NCBI GenBank assembly: GCA_021734045.1
Contig: JAIPJR010000002.1
Span: forward strand, 1 to 63,413
DNA: 63,413 bases
Direction of reading: 5' to 3'
From: Fidelibacterota bacterium
GTDB lineage: Bacteria > Fidelibacterota > UBA8477
A program made the translations under genes and the position numbers. Within the stretch, counting starts at the first letter, position 1. Each line of letters starts with the position of its first letter. Below the pieces are notes generated by a model. That model worked only from the letters and a program-made list of their open reading frames with translations. It was not told the DNA's origin and ran no database searches. Positions 10,308-19,833 of the stretch are shown here, piece by piece.

Positions 10308-11621
10308 CTAAGGTTTAACGATATCGCCGTACAATTCGTAAGGACCGGCACTATGGATTTTCACCTGCTCAAAAGCGCCAACTGTAGCCGGGCCATCCAC
10401 ATAAACCACATTATCAATTTCTGGCGCATCCCAGCGGGTTCGGCCGACAAAAGTACCCGCTTGCTCAATGTCCGGGCGATCAATCAGCACAGAGAGTGTT
10501 TCACCGATAAAGGCTTCATTTTTTTCCTGGGCAATGCTGTACTGCAGATTCATCACCGCATCCTGACGCTCCAGTTTCACCTCTTCCGGCACATCATCCG
10601 TCAATTCCGCACCTGATGTGCCCTCTTCTTCTGAATAGGTAAAGACCCCCACCCGATCGAACTGAACCTCTTCTAGAAAATCCATAAGAATGTCAAAATC
10701 TTCCGCCGTCTCACCGGGAAATCCCACCACGATGGATGTACGCAGTCGAACACCCGGGATACCCGCTTTAATGTCCCGGAGCAGGCGCCGTAAACCTTCA
10801 TTGTCAAGACCGCGTTTCATGGCCGTGAGCATCTTGGTGGATCCGTGCTGCACCGGCATGTCAATATAGGGCAACAGTCGTTTGGCTTTTTGAAAAACGG
10901 GAATCAGCTTGCGAGAAAAATGGGACGGGTGCGCATAATGGAGCCGAATCCACTCCAATCCTTCCACCGCATCCAAGGCAGCCAGCAATTCATGGAGGTA
11001 ACGCTTGGGTTTTAAATCCCAACCATAGGTGGTGGTATCCTGGGCAATCACCATGAGTTCTTTCACACCCCGTTCGGCCAGCGTTTTAGCCTCCTCCACC
11101 AGGGATTCGATGGTTCGACTTCGTTGCATCCCCCGCATGATTGGAATGGAACAGAAGGAACAGACATTATCGCAGCCTTCTGAAATTTTCAGGTAAGCAT
11201 AATGGTTGGGAGTCATGAGCTTCCGCAGGTGTTCCGGATCATCAGCCAAATGCTTCCGATGCGCCACATGACGGAAGATGTTCTCAAAATCTTCTGTTTT
11301 AAAAAAAGCGTCCACCTCCGGAAGTTCAGCTTTTAGCTCATCCATGTAACGGGCGGACAAACAACCGGCCACCAGTAAATCCTTCAGTTTCCCGGCCTTC
11401 TTCAGTTCAGCCGTTTCCAAAATAACATCCACCGATTCCTGGCGTGCCGGACCGATAAATCCGCAAGTATTAATGATGACCGTTTCGGCAAACTCTACAT
11501 CATCTACCAGCTGCAAATTCGCTCGCTCCAATCCACCAGCAATAATCTCACTATCCACCGTGTTTTTGACACAACCCAGTGAGATGATGTGGACTTTTTT
11601 CTTTTCTATATTTTCGATCAT
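10308..11621 (-). CDS. rimO: Ribosomal protein S12 methylthiotransferase RimO (radical SAM, TRAM domain)
   Basis: 437 aa. N-terminal UPF0004 block VHIISLGCVKNTVDSE, radical-SAM cluster motif CDNVCSFCSIP, and a C-terminal TRAM-like segment. Confidence 0.88.
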   Translation of the reverse strand: MIENIEKKKVHIISLGCVKNTVDSEIIAGGLERANLQLVDDVEFAETVIINTCGFIGPARQESVDVILETAELKKAGKLKDLLVAGCLSARYMDELKAELPEVDAFFKTEDFENIFRHVAHRKHLADDPEHLRKLMTPNHYAYLKISEGCDNVCSFCSIPIMRGMQRSRTIESLVEEAKTLAERGVKELMVIAQDTTTYGWDLKPKRYLHELLAALDAVEGLEWIRLHYAHPSHFSRKLIPVFQKAKRLLPYIDMPVQHGSTKMLTAMKRGLDNEGLRRLLRDIKAGIPGVRLRTSIVVGFPGETAEDFDILMDFLEEVQFDRVGVFTYSEEEGTSGAELTDDVPEEVKLERQDAVMNLQYSIAQEKNEAFIGETLSVLIDRPDIEQAGTFVGRTRWDAPEIDNVVYVDGPATVGAFEQVKIHSAGPYELYGDIVKP

Positions 11622-11818
11622 TATATCCTCGTTTTATTGAACACAAAATCGATACAAAGCGTCTCCCTGAGCTGGTGGGAGGGCGTTTTGAAAATAAATA
11701 CTCTCAAAATTATCCATTCCGCTTCCCATGAGCTCGGGATACTAACCAGGTGCATTTTTCAAATCAAAACATCCATTCTTGGCTGAATATTTGAATATTC
11801 GTGTTTTCCCGGAAAACC

Positions 11819-12739
11819 TTACCCTTCGAAGATTGCGTTAACATACGCTTCCGGGTCAAAGCGTTGGATATCTTCCACCTGCTCCCCAATGCCGATGTAT
11901 TTCACCGGAATGGAGACCCGCTGATTAATGGCGATAGCGATACCACCCTTGGCGGTACCGTCCAGTTTGGTGAGAAACAGATGATCCACCGGCGTGGCTT
12001 CTGAAAATTGCTGTGCCTGGATCAGGGCATTTTGGCCGGTGGTTGCATCTATAACCAACAGGGTTTCATGGGGTGCGTCGGGAATCACCTTTTGTACCAC
12101 CCGACGGATTTTTTTCAGCTCTTCCATGAGGTTTTTCTGGGTATGAATCCTTCCTGCCGTATCAATCAGAACCGCATCGGTTCCGCGGGATTTAGCCGCC
12201 TGCAGGGCATCAAAGACCACTGAGCTGGGATCTTTCGCGCCGGGATTGTGGATGAACTGGGCACCGGTACGATCCGCCCAGATCTTCAGCTGATTCACCG
12301 CGGCAGCCCGGAATGTGTCACCAGCTACCAGCATTACCGATTGATTTTCCCGTGCGTATAGATGCGCTAATTTTCCGATGGAAGTGGTCTTGCCGGTACC
12401 ATTCACACCCACCACCAAAATCACATGGGGATGATGGGTGGTATCATCAACCGTTTCCCGGTTTGCCAGTCGTTGCGTTAAATCAGTTTTCAGGTACGCC
12501 AAAACTTTCTCAGCGGTTACAACCTGGGAGGCTGGAAATGTTTTCCGCAGGTCTTCAATCAGTTCCAAAGCTACATCCACGCCCACATCAGCCTGGATCA
12601 GGATTTCCTCCAATTGCTCCAGAATATCCTCATCCAGCGGAATATTCCCGGTGAACAATTTGGTAATATTATTCCGCACCAGTGAGCGGGTTCTGGAAAG
12701 CCGGTCCTTGAGTCTGGAAAACACATTCCCTACAGCCAT
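11819..12739 (-). CDS. ftsY: Signal recognition particle receptor FtsY (short form, NG domain only)
   Basis: 306 aa. SRP GTPase motifs GVNGTGKTTSIGKLA, DTAGR and TKLDGTAKGG. Confidence 0.95.
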   Translation of the reverse strand: MAVGNVFSRLKDRLSRTRSLVRNNITKLFTGNIPLDEDILEQLEEILIQADVGVDVALELIEDLRKTFPASQVVTAEKVLAYLKTDLTQRLANRETVDDTTHHPHVILVVGVNGTGKTTSIGKLAHLYARENQSVMLVAGDTFRAAAVNQLKIWADRTGAQFIHNPGAKDPSSVVFDALQAAKSRGTDAVLIDTAGRIHTQKNLMEELKKIRRVVQKVIPDAPHETLLVIDATTGQNALIQAQQFSEATPVDHLFLTKLDGTAKGGIAIAINQRVSIPVKYIGIGEQVEDIQRFDPEAYVNAIFEG

Positions 12740-12845
12740 AACACAAATCCTATTTCAGCAACAGTAGCTATCATTCATTCCGGCGATACTTTTAACATGA
12801 AGGGGAGGGATTCACAAGGAGAGATTTTACAGGTTGAACAGGCGT

Positions 12846-13421
12846 TCAGGCGGCTGAGTCACGCTTCACATCCACCACGAAATAGATGTAATAGAGGCGG
12901 AGATAAAATATCCATGAAATCGAATTCAGCAGGACAGTTGCGCCCAGGACATAGTAGGCCCAGGGATAGACTTGGAAGATAAAAAGGATGATGGTGGAGG
13001 CAGTGAATGCCAGCGACCATTTTCCCGTGCGATTGGCCTGAAGTTCCCGTTTTGAATCTTTGGTCACCCACAATCCGATGAGTGAAATGGTGGCATCCCG
13101 ACCGATGATAAACAAAATGAACCAGAGCGGGACCGTGGTATTAATAGGCGTGGCAAACAGAAATGAGGCAAAAATCACGACTTTGTCCGCGATGGGATCC
13201 AGCATTTTTCCAATGCGTGTCACCTCTTTATAGGAGCGGGCAAACCAGCCATCAAAAAAATCAGATAAAATGGCCAGCGCAATCCAAATCGTGGCAGCGG
13301 TGGGAATGCGCGTCGTGCTCATATCCCATTTGTTCAGACTCAGCACGATGGGAATGGCCATAAATGCCCGGGCCAGGGAAATGGCGTTTGGGATGGTTAT
13401 ATATTGCTTCAGATTGGCCAT
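12846..13421 (-). CDS. CDP-alcohol phosphatidyltransferase family protein (PgsA-like)
   Basis: 191 aa, polytopic. The family motif D-x2-DG-x2-AR-x8-G-x3-D-x3-D is present as DFFDGWFARSYKEVTRIGKMLDPIADK. Its start codon lies 1 nt after the upstream stop. Confidence 0.85.
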   Translation of the reverse strand: MANLKQYITIPNAISLARAFMAIPIVLSLNKWDMSTTRIPTAATIWIALAILSDFFDGWFARSYKEVTRIGKMLDPIADKVVIFASFLFATPINTTVPLWFILFIIGRDATISLIGLWVTKDSKRELQANRTGKWSLAFTASTIILFIFQVYPWAYYVLGATVLLNSISWIFYLRLYYIYFVVDVKRDSAA

Positions 13422-13422
13422 A

Positions 13423-14088
13423 TTAAATCGGTTGGCGAATGGTCCTTACCCCGAATTTTTGAATCAGATTCCGGGATTTTGAGAACTCTTCGGACACGCC
13501 CTGGTACACAATTCCTCCTGCTTCAAAACCCAATACAAATCTGCGACCATTTATCACATCCAACGCGTGGGTAATTACAACGAGCCCGGCTAAACGGGCT
13601 TGTAACGTATTCAGCAAATCCAGCATCACCAATGCTTCATTTGGGCCCAAGCCAATAGTAGGCTCATCCAGAATCAGATATGACGCTTCCAGATACAACG
13701 CGCATGCCAGTGCAGCCCGACGGCGTTCGCCTCCGCTGAGCCAGCGCAAGGGATAGGACGCCAGTTTGGAACTATCCAGACGGAATTGTGCGAAAAGATC
13801 GCCGAGCCTCTCACGATCATACCCGTCAGGAAACAGATACCCCAGTTGTTCTGCCAGGGTTTCGGCGAAAAAAAACTGTTCCATACTCTGGGGTACATAT
13901 AGCCATTTTTCCGCTGTCCTATTCCCTGTTTTCAGCACCCCGGCAACAGCTTTCGCCCACGTGGATTTTCCGCTGCCATTCTGCCCCACCATGGCGATAC
14001 CCGCTGTGGGATCCAGATTGACCTCTGCGGTTCTGAGCATAAATCCACTTTTGATAAATGGTATGTGCTGGGCCGGAAATTGCATCAC
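13423..14088 (-). CDS. ABC transporter ATP-binding protein (short, EcfA/CbiO-like)
   Basis: 221 aa. Walker A GQNGSGKST, ABC signature LSGGERRR, Walker B LILDEPT. Confidence 0.85.
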   Translation of the reverse strand: MMQFPAQHIPFIKSGFMLRTAEVNLDPTAGIAMVGQNGSGKSTWAKAVAGVLKTGNRTAEKWLYVPQSMEQFFFAETLAEQLGYLFPDGYDRERLGDLFAQFRLDSSKLASYPLRWLSGGERRRAALACALYLEASYLILDEPTIGLGPNEALVMLDLLNTLQARLAGLVVITHALDVINGRRFVLGFEAGGIVYQGVSEEFSKSRNLIQKFGVRTIRQPI

Positions 14089-14753
14089 ACCCGCTCCACA
14101 AGCTTTCCGTCTATCAAATGCAGTGTTCGTGTCCCCCAGGCCGCCTCTTCCGGGTATTGGGTCACATGGACAATCGTCGTTCCGTCTGCATGAATAGTTT
14201 TAAGGTATTCTGCCAGCTTATCCACCTGTACGGCATCCAAATAGGATGTGGGTTCGTCCAGGAGTAGGATGGGCATTCTTTGTAGTACCAGCACCGCCAA
14301 AGCCAGACGCTGGCGCTCGCCACCGGAGAGGCTTTGTGGCGCTACCGGTAACCGCTGCGTCAAGCCGAATTGGTTCAACACACGCGCTTTCTCTTCCGGG
14401 GTAGCATCAACCACATAGTCGAGCTCTTCCTGAACCGTTTGCCCTAAAATCTGGTACACGGGATTTTGGCTGAGGAAACCCACACCAGCCTGTCGGGCAC
14501 CGCGAACACCAGCTTCGCTCACACAGATTCCATTTATCCAAACTTCGCCCGTATCAGGTTTTTGCAGCCCGGTGAGGAGTTTGAGTAAACTGGTTTTACC
14601 ACTGGCATTATCACCATGAATGGTTACGAATTCCCCCGGTTCAATAGTGAGCGATAATCCGTCAAAAATCACCCGCTGCCTGGCATGCCAGAGATAGGTC
14701 AGGTGTAGTTGTCGAACCTGAATACCCGTATGACCGGGAGAATTATTTTTCAC
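14085..14753 (-). CDS. ABC transporter ATP-binding protein (short, EcfA/CbiO-like)
   Basis: 222 aa. Walker A GDNASGKTS, signature LSGGERQR, Walker B LLLDEPTSYLD. It overlaps the next ATPase gene by 4 nt. Confidence 0.85.
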   Translation of the reverse strand: MKNNSPGHTGIQVRQLHLTYLWHARQRVIFDGLSLTIEPGEFVTIHGDNASGKTSLLKLLTGLQKPDTGEVWINGICVSEAGVRGARQAGVGFLSQNPVYQILGQTVQEELDYVVDATPEEKARVLNQFGLTQRLPVAPQSLSGGERQRLALAVLVLQRMPILLLDEPTSYLDAVQVDKLAEYLKTIHADGTTIVHVTQYPEEAAWGTRTLHLIDGKLVERV

Positions 14754-15720
14754 GCTGAATATTGAATTCGACGAATTGGGTTAGCGAATGCTTAGCTGGC
14801 GAATCGGGAAAACGGTCCAGGGAACGAATGGCGCGATCGCTGTATTCGCGCAGGCGCTGTTTTGCGTGTTCCAGGCCACCGGTACGTTGTACCAACTCCA
14901 GCACCCTTTTCTGATTTGCCTTACCTTTGCCTTTACTGAGTGCTCGTTTAATCTGCTTTCGCTCCTGCTTGCTAATCTGAGAAAAGGTGTGAATGAGGGG
15001 CAGCGTGACCATATTGTGTTTCAAATCCAGACCTATGGGTTTCCCCACACTGGCCTCCCGCCCTTCAAAATCGAACAAATCATCTTTCAGCTGAAATGCG
15101 ATACCAAAATTGTGTCCGTAATCATGGAGCGCCTTCCAATCGGCTTCGTCATCCGATGTGGTCATCATTCCCATCTTGCATCCGGCGGAAAGGAGTGAAG
15201 CCGTTTTGTCATCAATCATTCTGAAATAGGCTTCCTCAGTCATGGTATCAGACCGCGCCCGGTCGATCTGGTCAATTTCGCCGGTAACCAGGCGATCTGA
15301 GGTCTCACTTAGCAGCTTCAACAATTGAGGATTGCCAAGGTTGACCATGTTGATTAGTGCTTTGCTGAAAAGGTAATCGCCGATTAAAACACTCACTTTA
15401 TTACGCCAGATGGAATTAATACTGGGTAATCCCCGGCGCGTTTCCGCCTCGTCTACCACATCGTCATGCACCAATGTGGCTGTGTGCAGGGCCTCCACCA
15501 GGCAAGCGGCCCGGTAGGTGTCGGGTGTGCAATTGCCGCGTAGCTTCGCTGCCAGAAGCAAAAGCATGGGTCGCAGTTTTTTCCCTTTCTGTGCCACCAC
15601 ATATTTCATCACCTGGTTAATGAGAAATACATGGGATTTGAGCATGTCCTCAAATTCATGCTGAAAAGTATTGAATTCGGCATGAATCGGACGAATCACA
15701 TCATTGAGGGATATTTTCAC
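14743..15720 (-). CDS. Polyprenyl diphosphate synthase (trans-isoprenyl, IspB/HepT-like)
   Basis: 325 aa. First DDxxD motif LVHDDVVDEAETRRG and second motif FQLKDDLFD. Confidence 0.9.
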   Translation of the reverse strand: MKISLNDVIRPIHAEFNTFQHEFEDMLKSHVFLINQVMKYVVAQKGKKLRPMLLLLAAKLRGNCTPDTYRAACLVEALHTATLVHDDVVDEAETRRGLPSINSIWRNKVSVLIGDYLFSKALINMVNLGNPQLLKLLSETSDRLVTGEIDQIDRARSDTMTEEAYFRMIDDKTASLLSAGCKMGMMTTSDDEADWKALHDYGHNFGIAFQLKDDLFDFEGREASVGKPIGLDLKHNMVTLPLIHTFSQISKQERKQIKRALSKGKGKANQKRVLELVQRTGGLEHAKQRLREYSDRAIRSLDRFPDSPAKHSLTQFVEFNIQREK

Positions 15721-16523
15721 AGGAATAATCCGGACTCTTCCAATGCGGCGGAATCGCGTTTACGCTTCCCAACCAGGTAGGAAATAAAAATGCTGACTTC
15801 GTACAATAATATCATGGGTGACGCTACACCCAGCATAGTAAAAGGATCGGCGGGCGTGAAGATCGCAGCTAATAATAAAATCACCAAATAGGCAAAACGC
15901 CGAATTTTGTGCAATACTGATGGCGTGACGATACCCATACTGCTGAGCATGAACACAATCACGGGTAATTCAAAGGCCATTCCGGTAAATACCAGCAATA
16001 TCAACAGGTAGGACAGATAATCACCGATGGTGACATAGTTGATAAGCCCGGGCAGACCGTGATTTAAAATGGCAAAAAATTTCAGCGACCAGGGAATCAT
16101 GATGTAATAGGAAAAGAGTCCGCCGATGATAAAACATAGCATTGTCGCCACGATAAAGGTGGGTACATAGCGTTTCTCAGACTCAAATAATCCCGGTGCG
16201 ATAAATTGCCAGACATGATAGATAATCACCGGGATGGAAAATACCAGACCCACCATGATTGCGACCTTCATCTTGGCCAGGAATACACCTAAAATTGTGG
16301 TATTGAGTAATTGTAGCGGTGGTTCTGTTTGTTGGATCGGGTTCGAAAGTAACTCAATGATTTTATTAGAGAAATAGTAGCCTAATACGCCAAAAATAAT
16401 AATACTCACCAGCGATTTGATAATTCGCCAGCGCAGTTCCTCCAGGTGGTCAAGAAAAGGCATATCTTTCGTGGGGGCTTCCTCCATGGCGCCAAAAATA
16501 ATGGGGAATGGGACACTGCCCAA
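15717..16523 (-). CDS. tatC: Twin-arginine translocase subunit TatC
   Basis: 268-aa polytopic ORF with the TatC N-terminal block MPFLDHLEELRWRI. The true start is probably internal (ATG at 16487 or 16463). Confidence 0.9.
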   Translation of the reverse strand: MGSVPFPIIFGAMEEAPTKDMPFLDHLEELRWRIIKSLVSIIIFGVLGYYFSNKIIELLSNPIQQTEPPLQLLNTTILGVFLAKMKVAIMVGLVFSIPVIIYHVWQFIAPGLFESEKRYVPTFIVATMLCFIIGGLFSYYIMIPWSLKFFAILNHGLPGLINYVTIGDYLSYLLILLVFTGMAFELPVIVFMLSSMGIVTPSVLHKIRRFAYLVILLLAAIFTPADPFTMLGVASPMILLYEVSIFISYLVGKRKRDSAALEESGLFL

Positions 16524-16609
16524 TAAGGATTTGGCTTATTTATTCATCCCGAGTTTATCGGGCGGTCAGATAGTTTTCAAAACCGTCAAAATGCATATAC
16601 CGACCACCA

Positions 16610-17557
16610 TCACGTGCCCTTGAATAGCTGTGTCATTAGTTGCACGGGGGATGGCATTTCATCCAGCGGTTTTTGCAGGGCGGCATCCATAATTTCTTTC
16701 CGTTCCGGTGTCCAGAATTGGGTCTGGAGACGCTCAAGAATGAGATCGCGTACCTTCAGGTGCTGGCGATGTCGGAATTTTTCTTTCAAAATCCCGGATT
16801 CTTTTAAATAACTGTAATGTCGTTGAATCGTCTTATCCAGGTCGTCGATGCCTTCCGGTTTTACCACAGAAGTTTTTACAACCGGGGGCTTCCAATCAGC
16901 GGTTTGCAGCCGCAGCTGAATGATACCACGTAATTCACGAAATGCCTTTTCCGCGCCAGTGTGATCCGCTTTGTTCACTACAAAAATATCGGCGATTTCC
17001 ATCAGCCCTGCTTTCATAGCCTGAATTTCATCACCTGATTCAGGGACAATTACCACCAGAGTTGTATCAGCCGCTTCCGCCACATCAAGCTCCACCTGTC
17101 CCACACCGACCGTTTCAAATACAACGATATCCAAACCGGCCGCATCATACACATCAGCCGCATCCTGGGCTTTTGAGGACAAACCGCCCAAGCTGCCCCG
17201 GGTTGCCATGGAGCGAATAAAAACGCCCTCATCTTTGTAATGCCGGGTCATTCGCACCCGATCACCCAAAATAGCACCACCGGTGAAGGGACTCGTGGGG
17301 TCTACTGAAATGACACCGATGGTTTTCCCCGCCGTGCGCCAGATTTCAATCAACCGATCTACCAATGAACTTTTGCCTGCACCGGGCGGACCGGTGACAC
17401 CGATTCGGTAGGCATTCCCCAGATGACCATGGAGTGCATCCGTGAGTGCAATCAGATCCGTGTCATTTCGTTCAACAAGTGAAAGCGCCCGGGAAATGGC
17501 CAGGCGCTTACCGTTAAGAATTCCGTCTATGTCGAATGTCATCGTTTTGGCGAGCAA
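16610..17557 (-). CDS. meaB: MeaB/ArgK-type G3E-family GTPase (methylmalonyl-CoA mutase-associated GTPase-like)
   Basis: 315 aa. P-loop GPPGAGKSS, and the blocks VISVDPTSPFTGGAILGDRVRM and VNKAD typical of MeaB/ArgK. Confidence 0.85.
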   Translation of the reverse strand: MLAKTMTFDIDGILNGKRLAISRALSLVERNDTDLIALTDALHGHLGNAYRIGVTGPPGAGKSSLVDRLIEIWRTAGKTIGVISVDPTSPFTGGAILGDRVRMTRHYKDEGVFIRSMATRGSLGGLSSKAQDAADVYDAAGLDIVVFETVGVGQVELDVAEAADTTLVVIVPESGDEIQAMKAGLMEIADIFVVNKADHTGAEKAFRELRGIIQLRLQTADWKPPVVKTSVVKPEGIDDLDKTIQRHYSYLKESGILKEKFRHRQHLKVRDLILERLQTQFWTPERKEIMDAALQKPLDEMPSPVQLMTQLFKGT

Positions 17558-18244
17558 CTATTTGGACATATATGAAACTTTGAATTTTTCATATTCATTA
17601 ATGGTGAGCTTATGACCTTCACGCTCAATCCAGTGTTTCTTTTCCAGATTTTTCAGCATGCGTGAGACAGTCTCCCGGGTAGTCCCGGCCATATTAGCAA
17701 TATCCTGCTGGAGCGGAAGATTATTTACGGTGACGCATCCGCGATGATGAATACCGTATTCTTCAGCAATACGCAGGAGCACCAACGCGATTTTACCTTC
17801 CGCATCACTGAGCGAAAGCGCTTCAATGTGCTGGTCAGACAGTCGCAGGCGTGTGGCCAATTCTTTCAGGAGAGCGATGGAGATTAAGGGATTGCGCTCC
17901 AGCAAATCCAGAAAATCACTCCGGTCGATCATGTACACCAGGGTCTTTTCCAGCGCAATGACATTGGCCGATCGTTTCTCGCCATCCAGGATGGAGAGCT
18001 CGCCAAAGAAATCCCCTTCATATAAAAAGGACAGAATGACTTCGCGGCCGTCCTCAGACAAGCGTGTTACTTTCACCGATCCGGATTCAATGATAAAAAA
18101 GCTATCACCGGTATCCTCCTCCATGAGGATAACCTGTTCCTTTTGATAGACTTTCTGTTGGCAAAGTTTAGCAATATTTTCGAGAACCGGGTCCTTTAGC
18201 TCTGAAAAAAGCGGTACTATTCTAAGAATCTCAACCGCACTCAT
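17558..18244 (-). CDS. Crp/Fnr family transcriptional regulator
   Basis: 228 aa. cNMP-binding fold (FFGELSIL...RSANV) and a C-terminal HTH (IANMAGTTRETVSRMLKNL). No N-terminal Fnr-type Cys cluster. Confidence 0.9.
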   Translation of the reverse strand: MSAVEILRIVPLFSELKDPVLENIAKLCQQKVYQKEQVILMEEDTGDSFFIIESGSVKVTRLSEDGREVILSFLYEGDFFGELSILDGEKRSANVIALEKTLVYMIDRSDFLDLLERNPLISIALLKELATRLRLSDQHIEALSLSDAEGKIALVLLRIAEEYGIHHRGCVTVNNLPLQQDIANMAGTTRETVSRMLKNLEKKHWIEREGHKLTINEYEKFKVSYMSK

Positions 18245-18663
18245 GACTGCTCCTTTTGGGCTTTTTCTGTTTGCGGGTCAGGGTTCTGCTGGTCTTTGGT
18301 TTGCTTCTCGCCCTTTTCTTTGGCGAAACGACTCATCAAATCCGGAACCATATCAACAAGTTTCCCCCACATCACATCTTTGCCAACCAGGGGCAAAATT
18401 TGTGTCTTTTCATCAGTTACGACGATAAAGGCTACCGGGTCAATCTGGGCACCACCCCCCATGCCACTACCACCGTCGGTTTTCTCTTCGGATTTTTTAC
18501 CACCGGCACCAAATCCCACACTAATCTTCGCAACCGGGATAATGGTATGCTTTCCTGCCGTAATGGGTTTACCCACCACCGTCTCAGTATTCACCAAAGC
18601 GCGTAATTCTTCTAATACAGTTTTGGCCAGATTTTCAATCATTTTTCCCTGCCCCTCTTCCAA
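18241..18663 (-). CDS. GerW/YtfJ family protein
   Basis: 140 aa. VVGKPITAGKHTIIPVAKISVGFGAGG...GGGAQIDPVAFIVV closely mirrors Bacillus YtfJ (Spore_YtfJ family). The likely start is the ATG at 18642 (MIENLAK). Confidence 0.85.
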   Translation of the reverse strand: MEEGQGKMIENLAKTVLEELRALVNTETVVGKPITAGKHTIIPVAKISVGFGAGGKKSEEKTDGGSGMGGGAQIDPVAFIVVTDEKTQILPLVGKDVMWGKLVDMVPDLMSRFAKEKGEKQTKDQQNPDPQTEKAQKEQS

Positions 18664-19273
18664 TTTTCAATGGAAATAATTTTAAGGATTTGAATCCGTA
18701 TTTGACAGCAAGAAATACAATTCTTGCCGGATAGATTTTTAGTCGTCCGATCCCGGTAAACTGTGACTTCCGATTGATAAAATCTGTTTCAGTATAAAGA
18801 TTTTGCCAACCACTGGCAGAGATAAAACTTTGCACGGTCCCGTATAGCATACCGGTGAGAGCAGGATTTTGGACACCCAGCGTGATGGTTCCCTCCCAGG
18901 CTTCAAGTTTTACAGATTCGAATAGTTTGCGCGAAAAGCCGGACGGGAGGCGTTTTTTCGTTTTTCCCATGGTTTTCCATATTTTTTCATAAGAGATGGT
19001 TCCCCACCCACTATCCTGGCTGGCATGCTCCGCCGTATGAAGCTTGTGAATCAGCTTTTCTACCAGCCGTTTTTTCCAGCCCGGCTCCAGTGGAAATACA
19101 ACACCAATTTTTACCAACCCGCCCCATAGTATAAGGATGCCCCGAAATTTTTTATCCGTGTTAATTTCGTGCGTTTCAATACCAACCGGCAGCAATAGCG
19201 TCAGGAGAAAGAGCGTAACTGTTAATACCAGAAGCCCGGCCAGGAGTTGAACCGTAATGATTAGAAAACCCAT
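18635..19273 (-). CDS. Hypothetical membrane-anchored protein, possibly DUF2953 (YtfI-like)
   Basis: 212 aa with an N-terminal TM helix. Its position directly upstream of, and overlapping, the ytfJ-like gene matches the Bacillus ytfI-ytfJ arrangement. The family assignment rests on context, not on motifs. Confidence 0.45.
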   Translation of the reverse strand: MGFLIITVQLLAGLLVLTVTLFLLTLLLPVGIETHEINTDKKFRGILILWGGLVKIGVVFPLEPGWKKRLVEKLIHKLHTAEHASQDSGWGTISYEKIWKTMGKTKKRLPSGFSRKLFESVKLEAWEGTITLGVQNPALTGMLYGTVQSFISASGWQNLYTETDFINRKSQFTGIGRLKIYPARIVFLAVKYGFKSLKLFPLKIGRGAGKND

Positions 19274-19431
19274 TATCGTAGCAATAACATGTGATTTTTA
19301 TTCCTCGGGAAAATAGTGTCTGCCTCAATTCACACCAAATCATTTACCGTGACACCGCCGGAAAACGAGTCATCCCACTGCTGATACTTGTCCAGATATA
19401 CCCATTGTTTTTCTGACTGCTATCTAAAATG

Positions 19432-19460
19432 TTGACATCACGTAACCCGAAGCCTATATT
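19432..19460 (+). promoter_or_regulatory. Sigma70-type promoter of rpsT
   Basis: TTGACA (19432-19437), a 17-nt spacer, then TATATT (19455-19460). RBS GAAGGAG at 19483-19489, ATG at 19494. Confidence 0.6.
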
Positions 19461-19493
19461 CGCCCGCATTTTTGGGAAGTTTGAAGGAGCATT

Positions 19494-19748
19494 ATGCCAG
19501 TAACAAAGACCATTGCCAAGCGGATTCGCCAGGCAGAAAAAGCAGAACAATACAATCACCATTACAAGTCAATGATGAAGACCTCCATTAAAAAAGTATT
19601 GGCAGCCACGGATAAAGCAACAGCCGAACCGCTGCTGAAGGAAGCCACATCAATCATTGATAAGGTGGTCCACAAAGGTGTTATCCATAAGAACAGGGGC
19701 GATAACCAAAAAGAGCGTATCCAGCGACATTTCAATAAGCTGTCCTGA
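19494..19748 (+). CDS. rpsT: 30S ribosomal protein S20
   Basis: 84 aa, basic. The N-terminal block AKRIRQAEK and the C-terminal KGVIHKNRGDNQKERI block are typical of S20. Confidence 0.95.
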   Translation: MPVTKTIAKRIRQAEKAEQYNHHYKSMMKTSIKKVLAATDKATAEPLLKEATSIIDKVVHKGVIHKNRGDNQKERIQRHFNKLS

Positions 19749-19775
19749 TACAAAACCTGGTTCTTATCAATTTAA

Positions 19776-19809
19776 AAAGCCGCTTTTTCCAAAGCGGCTT
19801 TTCTTTTTT
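19776..19809. terminator. Bidirectional rho-independent terminator between rpsT and the convergent 19834..20682 gene
   Basis: AAAGCCGCTTT-ttcc-AAAGCGGCTTT hairpin flanked by an A-run upstream and a T-run downstream. Confidence 0.75.
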
Positions 19810-19833
19810 ATCGGAAATAATAGTAGCACACCG

